Below, in pieces: positions 1-12,200 of a stretch of DNA of 64,000 nucleotides. The DNA lies in the NCBI GenBank assembly GCA_965655095.1, contig OZ296649.1, positions 94,240,001-94,304,000 of the forward strand, in the 5' to 3' direction. The notes under the pieces are model-generated. The model did not search any database. It was not told the origin of the DNA and saw only the letters and a program-made list of their open reading frames with translations. The number at the start of each line of letters is the position of its first letter. The first letter of the stretch is position 1. Made by a program: the position numbers and the translations under genes. The stretch comes from Haplodiscus bocki. Taxonomy: Eukaryota.

Positions 1-3000
1 CTTGCGAAATTTTCATGACGTCATCTGATTGTTTTTTAACTGCCTTTGTCTACAACTCTAGGTAGAGTATCAGTGCAACTTTTCAAAACAACCAGACGCC
101 GGACAAGGAAACAATTTTTACCGGAAACATCTGACAAATATTAATCGTCAACATAGTTTACTTAGCTGAAACAATTGATATTTGGTAGTCTGCCCACTGG
201 TTTTGGAAAATTGAAGGCCCTTTTACTAGTCACTCACTGATCGATTGGACTTCCGTCAAGTTTGATTATTCTTCCGTTTTTGAGGTTTACCCTGTCGAAG
301 GTTCTCGGCTGCCGGAATTTTTCTCCGTCACGACTGGTTAAGGAAAATGACAAACACAGTTTTTTGAATGCAATTAGTAAGTTGTTTTTCAAATCGTGCT
401 TTCAGAATGGTCCGCTAACGCGCAGTTACACACGAAACAACAGAGTTTTGTCCAATTGGTAAATTCACAAACTTTTTCAGCATTCCCCGGCTAAGTTTTA
501 GCGATTTTTTTTCGCAGAATCTTGCAATCCTTGATTCTCCGGCGTTTTCGTTTTCCAAAACGACGCTTCAGAGCTTCAAAAGCACACAAAATTTGTTTTG
601 TTCAGGTAATGAGTTCACCCGCGGTTATTTGACGGAATTTGGTGTAAAACATTGATCTGTTCTCTTTCTTTACAAGGCGAAAAGCTTCCGCCGCTTCGTT
701 TTCTCCTCGAAAAAAACGTGGTAACGTGGAATGGATCGCGATTCGCGATTGCTTTAGCTTGGTAGTACCGTTAGCTTCTTGGCCTGCATCAGAATTTCTC
801 TGAGTTCCGAAACAGTTGCACAGTTGTTTTTGAAGCAAAATATTTGATTCATCTCTGTTATTAAGGACGGACTGTTGTCGGTTAAAGAAATTTCTAGTAA
901 TAGACTGATACTTTTTTTGCTTTCTTACTGTTTGCACTATTCCAAACAGCAATTTTCTAACCGGGGCAAAAAGTAAATCCCGAAGTGTTTCAAGCATAAA
1001 AGTTATTTTTTGGCCAGAAAAGTTTTGCTACGTTTCTTGGCGCCTATGTTGTTTTTTCATGAATTGAGCCGCAAGCAACTTTAGTTTCTCGAAGTTGTTT
1101 TGATCCACTATAGTGTGTTTTGAACATTTTGCTTTATGAGGCTTTGAGTGGGCCGAACCAAGTGATGGTAGCAAGGGAATAGCTGTTTTTCCAGAAGAGG
1201 TGGTTTTGCGTTGTTTTTTTGTTTCCTTGGAACTATCTGTTGACATCGTCAGAAATGTTTCTTTAACTGCCGATATCTACAAGCCTATGTTTCCGTTCAA
1301 TTTTTTCAGTTGCATAGGCCTCAAACAAACGAACAATTTTTACAGAAATATTCTGGGGAAAACTAATGGTCGACATGGTTTTCTCAGCTCAAACATTTAT
1401 ATATTTGGTAATCTACCCACTGGTTTCGGATAGTTAACCACCCTTTTACTAGTCACTCGTTGATCGATTGGACTTCCGTCAAGTTTCAGTGGTCCTCCGT
1501 TCTGGAGGTTGATCCTGCCGAAGGTTCTCGGCTGCAGGAAATTTTGTCCGAAACGCCTAGTGAAGGAAAATGACAAGGGTTGTTTTTTCAGATGGCAATC
1601 AGTGAGTTTTTTTCAGCTAGTGCTTCCTCAATGGTTCAGTAGAGGTCTCTTACCCACGAAACAACAGTAGTTTGTTCGATTGGTATTTTGGCAATCGTTG
1701 TTTTAGGAAACTCTTTTCGGAGAACATTGAAATCAATGATTTTCTGGGTCTTCAGTTTTGAAAATGACGCCTTAAAGCTCCAAAAGCACACATAAGCAGT
1801 TTTATTCAGCTTATGAGTTCACCCGTGGTTAGTTGAGGGAAGTTGCGTGAAATTTTCGATCATTTCTATTTCCTTAAAAGGCGAAAAATTTCCGCCGGTT
1901 AGATTTCAATCAGGAAAACACATTGTAACGTAGATCAGATCTCAATTGCTTTAGCTATCAATAGTACCCTTGCCTCTTTGGCCTGCATCAAAAATTCTGT
2001 GAGTTCCAAAATAGTTGCAGAGTTTTTATTGATGCAAAAAACTTTGGTTCATTTGTGTTGTTTAGGACGGACTGTTGTCGGATATACAAGTTTTAGTATT
2101 TAACTGATATTTCTCTGCTGCTCTTTACTCTTCTCCCTGTTGCAAATGGCAGCTTTTTCAGCGCTGGAACAAGTGAAACTCTATGTGTTTCCTGCTTTAA
2201 ACAGCTTTTTTTCCTCGAAGTTTTTATTGCACCTATGTTCTTTTGAGGAATAGAGCTGACGGAGCAAAGAGACAGTAGCGACTAAACTTCGTTTTCCTCC
2301 AGTAAAATGGGCTTGGAAGTTTTTGGCTTTCTGGGGCTTTGAGTAGGCGGAACGAAGTAATGGTAGCAACGGACTTGCATTATTGTCCAGAAAGTGTGTC
2401 TTTGCGTTTTGTTTTTTTTTAAATCATGTGATGACATCGTCAGCAATTTTGTTCAACTGCCTAAATCTATGAGCTTAGGAGGAGTATCAGTACAAATTTT
2501 CAATACACTTAGGTTTTAGACAAAGAAACAATTTTTGCTGGGAAGAACTGGCGAAAGTCAATGGTCAGCATGGAATTCTTAGCTGAAACCTTTTGAAAGT
2601 TGGTGATCTGCCCACTGCTTTATTAAACTTAGGCGCCCCTTTACTAGCCATTCATTGGTCGACGAGACTTCTGTCATGTCCAATTAGTTGTCAGGTTTTG
2701 CATTCGACTCTGCCGAAACTTTTCGGTTGCCGAAAGAATTTCAACATTAAGACTGGCGGGGGTTATTGACAATGATGTTTTTTATCTGATGGCATGTTGT
2801 ACATTTTTTTTCAACTCATGCTTTTTGAAAGGTTCAGTATAGCTGTCTAACGCATGAAACAACAAAACTTTGCACAATAGGTGTTTTGGCGACATTTTGA
2901 GCTTTCCTTGACTGATTTTTAAAGAATTTCTGTTCCCAGAACCTTGGAAACAATGATTTTCCGGTTTTTTCAATTTCAAAAGGACGCTTGAGTGCTTCAA

Positions 3001-6000
3001 AAGCGCAAAAAAAAATTTTTAATCAGCTCAACAATTCACTCTTGATTAGTTGAGGCGAGTTGTGGTGGAAAGTCGCTCTCTTCTCATTCATTGCAAGCCA
3101 AAAATTTCCGTCGCGTAGGTTTCAATCCAAAAAAAATTTCTGTAACTTAGGTTGGATCTCGATTAACTTAGCTAACACATGTACCATGGTTTTCTGGCCA
3201 GATCTCAAGTTCTGTGAGTTTCAAAGCAGTAGCAGAGTTTTCATTGAGGCAAAAATTTTTGATTCATCTGTGTTGTTTTGGACGGACTGTTGTCGGATGA
3301 AGAAAGTTTTAGTTACTAACTGATATTGTCTTTGCTTAATTTCATTCCTCTACTTCTTCCAAAAAGCAGTTTTGTAACAGATGGTACAGGCGAAGCTTTA
3401 AGGGTTTCCTGCAAGCAGGTGTTTTTTTTGTCTGGAGGACCTGTTCTGGGTTCCTCGGAACGCGGCAATGGTATCGACCGTGTTTATTTTTTCTTCCAGA
3501 CTGGGTGGTTTTGCGTCCTGTTCTGTTCTTTTTTGTTTTCTTGCGACATTTTCATGACGTCATCTGATTGTTTTTTAACTGCCTTTGTCTACAACCCTAG
3601 GTAGAGTATCAGTGCAACTTTTCAAAACAACCAGACGCCGGACAAGGAAACAATTTTTACCGGAAACATCTGACAAATAATAATCGTCAACATAGTTTAC
3701 TTAGCTGAAACAATTGATATTTGGTAAGCTGCCCACTGGTTTTGGAAAATTGAAGGCCCTTTTACTAGTCACTCACTGATCGATTGGACTTCCGTCAAGT
3801 TTGATTATTCTTCCGTTTTTGAGGTTTACCCTGTCGAAGGTTCTCGGCTGCCGGAATTTTTCTCCGTCACGACTGGTTAAGGAAAATGACAAACACAGTT
3901 TTTTGAATGCAATTAGTAAGTTGTTTTTCAAATCGTGCTTTCAGAATGGTCCGATAACGCGCAGTTACACACGAAACAACAGAATTTTGTCCAATTGGTA
4001 AATTCACAAACTTTTTCAGCATTCCCTGGCTAAGTTTTAGCGATTTCTTTTCGCAGAATCTTGCAATCCTTGATTCTCCGGCGTTTTCGTTTTCCAAAAC
4101 GACGCTTCAGAACTTCAAAAGCACACAAAATTTGTTTTGTTCAGGTAATGAGTTCACCCGCGGTTATTTGACGGAATTTGGTGTAAAACATTGATCTCTT
4201 CTCTTTCTTTACAAGGCGAAAAGCTTCCGCCGCTTCGTTTTCTCCTCGAAAAAAACGTGGTAACGTGGAATGGATCGCGATTCGCGATTGCTTTAGCTTG
4301 GTAGTACCGTTAGCTTCTTGGCCTGCATCAGAATTTCTCTGAGTTCCGAAACAGTTGCACAGTTGTTTTTGAAGCAAAATATTTGATTCATCTCTGTTAT
4401 TAAGGACGGACTGTTGTCGGTTAAAGAAATTTCTAGTAATAGACTGATACTTTTTTTGCTTTCTTACTGTTTGCACTATTCCAAATAGCAATTTTCTAAC
4501 CGGGGCAAAAAGTAAATCCCGATGTGTTTCAAGCATAAAAGTTATATTTTGGCCAGAAAAGTTTTGCTACGTTTCTTGGCGCCTATGTTGTTTTTTCATG
4601 AATTGAGCCGCAAGCAACTTTAGTTTCTCGAAGTTGTTTTGATCCACTATGGTGTGTTTTGAACATTTTGCTTTATGGGGCTTTGAGTGGGCCGAACCAA
4701 GTGATGGTAGCAAGGGAAATGCTGTTTTTCCAGAAGAGGTGGTTTTGCGTTGTTTTTTTGTTTCCTTGGAACTATCTGTTGACATCGTCAGAAATGTTTC
4801 TTTAACTGCCGATATCTACAAGCCTATGTTTCGGTTCAATTTTTTCAGTTGCATAGGCCTCAAACAAACGAACAATTTTTACAGAAATATTCTGGGGAAA
4901 ACTAATGGTCGACATGGTTTTCTCAGCTCAAACATTTATATATTTGGTAATCTACCCACTGGTTTCGGATAGTTAACCACCCTTTTACTAGTCACTCGTT
5001 GATCGATTGGACTTCCGTCAAGTTTCAGTGGTCCTCCGTTTTGGAGGTTGATCCTGCCGAAGGTTCTCGGCTGCAGGAAATTTTGTCCGAAACGCCTAGT
5101 GAAGGAAAATGACAAGGGTTGTTTTTTCAGATGGCAATCAGTGAGTTTTTTTCAGCTAGTGCTTCCTCAATGGTTCAGTAGAGGTCTCTTACCCACGAAA
5201 CAACAGTAGTTTGTCCGATTGGTATTTTGGCAATCGTAGTTTTAGGAAACTCTTTTCGGAGAACATTGAAATCAATGATTTTCTGGGTCTTCAGTTTTGA
5301 AAATGACGCCTTAAAGCTCCAAAAGCACACGGAAACGGTTTTATTCAGCTTATGAGTTCACCCGTGGTTAGTTGAGGGAAGTTGGGTGTAATTTTCGATC
5401 ATTTCTATTTCTTTAAAAGGCGAAAAATTTCCGCCGGTTAGATTTCAATCAGGAAAAGACATTGTAACGTAGATCAGATCTCAATTGCTTTAGCTATCAA
5501 TAGTACCCTTGCCTTTTTGGCCTGCATCAAAAATTCTGTGAGTTCCAAAATAGTTGCAGAGTTTTTATTGAAGCAAAAAACTTTGGTTCATTTGTGTTGT
5601 TTAGGACGGACTGTTGTCGGATATACAAGTTTTAGTATTTAACTGATATTTCTCTGCTGCTCTTTACTCTTCTCCTTGTTGCACATGGCAGCTTTTCAGC
5701 GCTGGAACAAGTGAAACTCTAAGTGTTTCATGCTTTAAACAGCTTTTTTCCTCGAAGTTTTTATTGCACCTATGTTCTTTTGAGGAATAGAGCTGACAGA
5801 GCAAAGAGACAGTAGCGACTAAACTTCGTTTTCCTCCAGTAAAATGGGCTTGGAAGTTTTTGGCTTTCTGGGGCTTTGAGTAGGCGGAACGAAGTAATGG
5901 TAGCAACGGACTTGCATTATTGTCCAGAAAGTGTGTCTTTGCGTTTTGTTTTTTTTTAAATCATGTGATGACATCGTCAGCAATTTTGTTCAACTGCCTA

Positions 6001-6200
6001 AATCTATGAGCTTAGGAGGAGTATCAGTACAAATTTTCAATACACTTAGGTTTTAGACAAAGAAACAATTTTTGCTGGGAATAACTGGCGAAAGTCAATG
6101 GTCAGCATCGAATTCTTAGCTGAAACCTTTTGAAAGTTGGTGATCTGCCCACTGCTTTCTTAAACTTAGGCGCCCCTTTACTAGCCATTCATTGGTCGAC
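1..6200 (+). repeat. 3,539-bp trimeric higher-order repeat (1223+1195+1121 bp), ~1.75 copies visible
   Basis: Position 1 (cttgcgaaattttcatgacg) recurs at 3540. Near-identical chance ORFs are offset by exactly 3,539 bp (262/3801, 602/4141, 1028/4567). The end coordinate is approximate. Confidence 0.9.
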
Positions 6201-9200
6201 GAGATTTCTGTCTTGTCCAATTAGTTGTCATGTTTTGCATTCGACTCTGCCGAAACTTTTCGGTTGCCGAAAGAATTTCGCCAAAAAGACTGGCGAGGGT
6301 TATTGACAATGATGTTTTTCATCTGATGGCATGTCGTACATTCTTTTGGTTTTTTTTTCAACTCGTGCTTTTTGAATGGTTTAGTATAGCTTTCTAACGC
6401 ATGAAACAACAACACTTTGCACAATAGGTGTTTTGGCGACATTTTGAGCTTCCCTTGACTGATTTTTGTAGAATTTCTGTTCCGAGAACCTTGGAAACCA
6501 TGATTCTCCGTTTTTTTTTCAATTTCAAAAGGACGCGTGAGTGCTTCAAAAGCGCAAAATGTTGTTTTATTCAGCTCAACATTTCACTCTTGATTAGTTG
6601 AGGCGAGTTGTGATGGAGAGTTGATCCCTTCTCATTCATTGCCAGGCGAAAAGCTCCGCCGGGTAGATTTCAATCCGCAAAAATTTCTGTAACGTAGATT
6701 GGATCTTGATTGACTTAGCTAACAAAATTACCATGGTTTTTTGGCCAGATCTCAAGTTCTGTGAGTTCCAAAGCCGTTGCAGAGTTTTCATTGAAGCCAA
6801 AAAATTTGATTTATCTACGTTGTTAAAGACAGACTGTTGTGGCCTAAGGAAAGTTTTAGTAAATTAGTAAATGACTGTTTTCTTCGCTTCTTTTTAGTCT
6901 TCGTACTGTTCCAAATAGCAAATTTCTAACCACAGAGACAAATGAAACTCTAAGTGTTTTCAGCAAAAAAAATTTTTATGGCTCGAAGAACTTTGCTGGG
7001 TTTCTCAACAACTATGTTATTTTTTGATGAGTTGTGCCGCCGGAGCAGAGAAACCGTAGCGTCTAATTTTCGTTTTGATCCACTATGGTGTCCATTGCAC
7101 TTTTTTCTCTCTGAGGCTTTGAGTGGGCGGAACGAAGTGATGGTAGCAATGGGAATGCTGTTTTTCCAGAATAGGTGGTTTTGCGTTGTTTTTTATTGTT
7201 TCTTTTCAACTATCTCCTGACATCGTCAGAACTGTTCCTTTAACTGCCAATATCTACAAACCTATGTTTTGGTTCAGTTTTTTCAGTCACATAGGCCTCA
7301 AACAAACGAACAATTTTTACAGAAATATTCTGGGGAAAACTAATGGTCGACATGGTTTTCTTAGCTCAAACATTTATATATTTGGTAATCTGCCCACTGG
7401 TTTTGGATAGTTAACCACCTTTTTACTAGTCACTCGTTGATCGATTGGACTTCCGTCAAGTTTCAGTGGTCCTCCGTTTTGGAGGTTGATCCTGCCGAAG
7501 GTTCTTGGCTGCAGGAAATTTTGTCCGAAACGCCTAGTGAAGGAAAATGACAAGGGTTGTCTTTTCAGATGGCAATCTGTGAAGTTTTTTCAGCTAGTGC
7601 TTCCTCAATGGTCCAGTAGAGGTCTCTTACCCACGAAACAACAGTAGTTTGTCCGATTGGTATTTTGGCATTCGTAGTTTTAGGAAACTCTTTTCGGAGA
7701 ACATTGAAATCAATGATTTTCTGGGTCTTCAGTTTTGAAAATGACGCCTTAAAGCTCCAAAAGCACACGGAAGCGGTTTTATTCAGCTTATGAGTTCACC
7801 CGTGGTTAGTTGAGGGAAGTTGGGTGTAATTTTCGATCATTTCTATTTCCTTAAAAAACGAAAAATTTCCGCCGGTTAGATTTCAATCAGGAAAAATCAT
7901 TGTAACGTAGATCAGATCTCAATTGCTTTAGCTATCAATAGTACCCTTGCCTTTTTGGCCTGCATCAAAAATTCTGTGAGTTCCAAAATAGTTGCAGAGT
8001 TTTTATTGAAGCAAAAAACTTTGGTTCATTTGTGTTGTTTAAGACAGACTGTTGTCGGATATACAAGTTTTAGTATTTAACTGATATTTCTCTGCTGCTC
8101 TTTACTCTTCTCCTTGTTGCACATGGCAGCTTTTTCAGCGCTGGAACAAGTGAAACTCTAAGTGTTTCCTGCTTTAAACAGCTTTTTTCCTCGAAGTTCT
8201 TATTGCACCTATGTTCTTTTGAGGAATAGAGCTGACGGATTAAAGAGACAGTAGCGACTAAACTTCGTTTTCCTCTAGTAAAATGGGCTTAGAAGTTTTT
8301 TGTTTCCTGGGCTCTGAGTAGACGGAGCGAAGTAATGGTAGCAACGACTTGCCTTTTGTCCAGAAAGTGTGGTTTTGCATTTTGTTTTTTTTGAAATCAT
8401 TTGGTGACATCGTGAGCAGTTTTGTTCAACTGCCTAAATCTATGAGCTTAGGAGGAGTATCAGTACAAATTTTCAATACACTTAGGTTTTAGACAAAGAA
8501 ACAATTTTTGCTGGGAAGAACTGGCGAAAGTCAATGGTCAGCATGGAATTCTTAGCTGAAACCTTTTGAAAGTTGGTGATCTGCCCACTGCTTTCTTAAA
8601 CTTAGGCGCCCCTTTACTAGCCATTCATTGGTCGACGAGATTTCTGTCTTGTCCAATTAGTTGTCAGGTTTTGCATTCGACTCTGCCGAAACTTTTCGGT
8701 TGCCGAAAGAATTTCGCCAAAAAGACTGGCGAGGGTTATTGACAATGATGTTTTTCATCTGATGGCATGTTGTACATTCTTTTGGTTTTTTTTCAACTCG
8801 TGCTTTTTGAATGGTTTAGTATAGCTGTCTAACGCATGAAACAACAACACTTTGCACAATAGGTGTTTTGGCGACATTTTGAGTTTTCCTTGACTGATTT
8901 TTGTAGAATTTCTGTTCCGAGAACCTTGGAAACCATGATTCTCCGTTTTTTTTCAATTTCAAAAGGACGCGTGAGTGCTTCAAAAGCGCAAAATGTTGTT
9001 TTATTCAGCTCAACAATTCACTCTTGATTAGTTGAGGCGAGTTGTGATGGAGAGTTGATCCCTTCTCGTTCATTGCCAGGCGAAAAGCTCCGCCGGGTAG
9101 ATTTCAATCCGCAAAAATTTCTGTAACGTAGATTGGATCTTGATTGACTTAGCTAACAAAATTACCATGGTCTTTTGGCCAGATCTCAAGTTCTGTGAGT

Positions 9201-12200
9201 TCCAAAGCCGTTGCAGAGTTTTCATTGAAGCCAAAAAATTTGATTTATCTACGTTGTTAAAGACAGACTGTTGTGGCCTAAGGAAAGTTTTAGTAAATTA
9301 GTAAATGACTGTTTTCTTCGCTTCTTTTTAGTCTTCGTACTGTTCCAAATAGCAAATTTCTAACCACAGAGACAAATGAAACTCTAAGTGTTTTCAGCAA
9401 AACAAACTTTTATGGCTCGAAGAACTTTGCTGGGTTTCTCAACAACTATGTTATTTTTTGATGAGTTGTGCCGCCGGAGCAAAGAGACCGTAGCGTCTAA
9501 TTTTCGTTTTGATCCACTATGGTGTCCTTTGCACTTTTTTCTTTCTGAGGCTTTGAGTGGGCGGAAGGAAGTGACGGTAGCAATGGGAATGCTGTTTTTC
9601 CAGAATAGGTGGTTTTGCGTTGTTTTTTATTGTTTCTTTTGAACTATCTCCTGACATCGTCAGAACTGTTTCCTTAACTGCCAATATCTACAAAGCTATG
9701 TTTTGGTTCAGTTTTTTCAGTCACATAGGCCTCAAACAAACGAACAATTTTTACAGAAATATTCTGGGGAAAAATAATGGTCGACATGGTTTTCTTAGCC
9801 CAAACATTTATATATTTGGTAATCTGCCCACTGGTTTTGGATAGTTAACCACCTTTTTACTAGTCACTCGTTGATCGATTGGACTTCCGTCAAGTTTCAG
9901 TGGTCCTCCGTTTTGGAGGTTGATCCTGCCGAAGGTTCTCGGCTGCAGGAAATTTTGTCCGAAACGCCTAGTGAAGGAAAATGACAAGGGTTGTTTTTTC
10001 AGATGGCAATCAGTGAGTTTTTTTCAGCTAGTGCTTCCTCAATGGTCCAGTAGAGGTCTCTTACCCACGAAACAACAGTAGTTTGTCCGATTGGTATTTT
10101 GGCAATCGTAGTTTTAGGAAACTCTTTTCGGAGAACATTGAAATCAATGATTTTCTGGGTCTTCAGTTTTGAAAATGACCCCTTAAAGCTCCAAAAGCAC
10201 ACGGAAGCGGTTTTATTCAGCTTATGAGTTCACCCGTGGTTAGTTGAGGGAAGTTGGGTGTAATTTTCGATCATTTCCTTTTCCTTAAAAGGCGAAAAAT
10301 TTCCGCCGGTTAGATTTCAATCAGGAAAAGACATTGTAACGTAGATCAGATCTCAATTGCTTTAGCTATGAATAGTACCCTTGCCTTTTTGGCCTGCATC
10401 AAAAATTCTGTGAGTTCCAAAATAGTTGCAGAGTTTTTATTGAAGCAAAAAACTTTGGTTCATTTGTGTTGTTGTTTAGGACAGACTGTTGTCGGATATA
10501 CAAGTTTTAGTATTTAACTGATATTTCTCTGCTGCTCTTTAGTCTTTTCCCTGTTGCAAATGGCAGCTTTTTCAGCGCTGGAACAAGTGAAACTCTATGT
10601 GTTTCCTGCTTTAAACAGCTTTTTTTCCTCGAAGTTTTTATTGCACCTATGTTCTTTTGAGGAATAGAGCCGACGGAGCAAAGAGACAGTAGCGACTAAA
10701 CTTCGTTTTCCTCCAGTAAAATGGGCTTAAAAGTTTTTTCTTTTCAGGGGCTTTGAGTAGACGGAGCGAAGTAATGGTAGCAACGGACTTGCCTTTTGTC
10801 CAGAAAGTGTGGTTTTGCATTTTGTTTTTATTTAAATCATTTGATGACATCGTGAGCAATTTCGTTTAACTGCCTAAATCTATGAGCCTAGGAGGAGTAT
10901 CAGTACAAATTTTCAATACACTTAGGTTTTAGACAAAGAAACAATTTTTGCTGGGAAGAACTGGCCAAAGTCAATGGTCAGCATGGAGTTCTTAGCTGAA
11001 ACCTTTTGAAAGTTGGTGATCTGCCCACTGCTTTCTTAAATATAGGCGCCCGTTTACTAGCCATTCATTGGTCGACGAGACTTCTGTCATGTCCAACCAG
11101 TTGTCAGTTTTTGCATTCGACTCTGCCGAAACTTTTTGGTTGTCGAAAGATTTTCGCCATTAAGACTGGCGGGGGTTATTGACAATGATGTTTTTTATCT
11201 GATGGCATGTCGTACATTTTTTTGTTTTTTTTCAACTCGTTCTTTTTGAATGGTTCAGTATAGCTGTCTAACGCATGAAACAACAAAACTTTGCACAATA
11301 GGTGTTTTGCCGACATTTTGAGCTTTCCTTGACTGATTTTTAAAGAATTCCTGTTCCGAGAAACTTGGAAACAATGATTTTCCTGTTTTTTTTCAAATTC
11401 AAAAGGACGCGTGGGTGCTTCAGAAGCGCAAAAAGGTTGTTTTATTCAGCTCAACAATTCACTCTTGATTAGTCGAGGCAACTTGTGATGGAAAGTTGAT
11501 CTCTTATCACTCTTTGCAAGGCGAAAATTTTCCACCGGAAAGATTTCAACCCGAAAAAAAATTCTGTAACGTAGATTGGATCTCGATTGACTTAGTTAAC
11601 AAAAATACCATGGTTTTTTTGGCCAGATCTCAAGTCTGTGAGCTCCAAAGCATTTGCAGAGTTTTCAATGATGCAAAAAATTTTGATTAAACTCTGTTGT
11701 TAAGGACAGACTGTTGTAGCCTAAGCAAAGTTCTAGTATATGACTGTTTTTTTCGCTTCTCTTTAGTCATCGTACTATTCTAAATAGCAAAGTTCTAACC
11801 AGAGATACAATTGAAACTCTAAGTGTTTTCAGCAAAACAAACTTTTATGGCTCGAAGAACTTTGCTGGGTTTCTCAACAACTATGTTATTTTTTGATGAG
11901 TTGTGCCACCGGAGCAAAGAAACCGTAGCGTCTAATTTTCGTTTTGATCCACTATGGTGTCCTTTGCACTTTTTTCTCTCTGAGGCTTTGAGTGGGCGGA
12001 AGGAAGTGACGGTAGCAATGGGAATGCTGTTTTTCCAGAATAGGTGGTTTTGCGTTGTTTTTTATTGTTTCTTTTGAACTATCTCCTGACATCGTCAGAG
12101 CTGTTTCCTTAACTGCCAATATCTACAAACCTATGTTTTGGTTCAGTTTTTTCAGTCACATAGGCCTCAAACAAACGAACAATTTTTACAGAAATATTCT

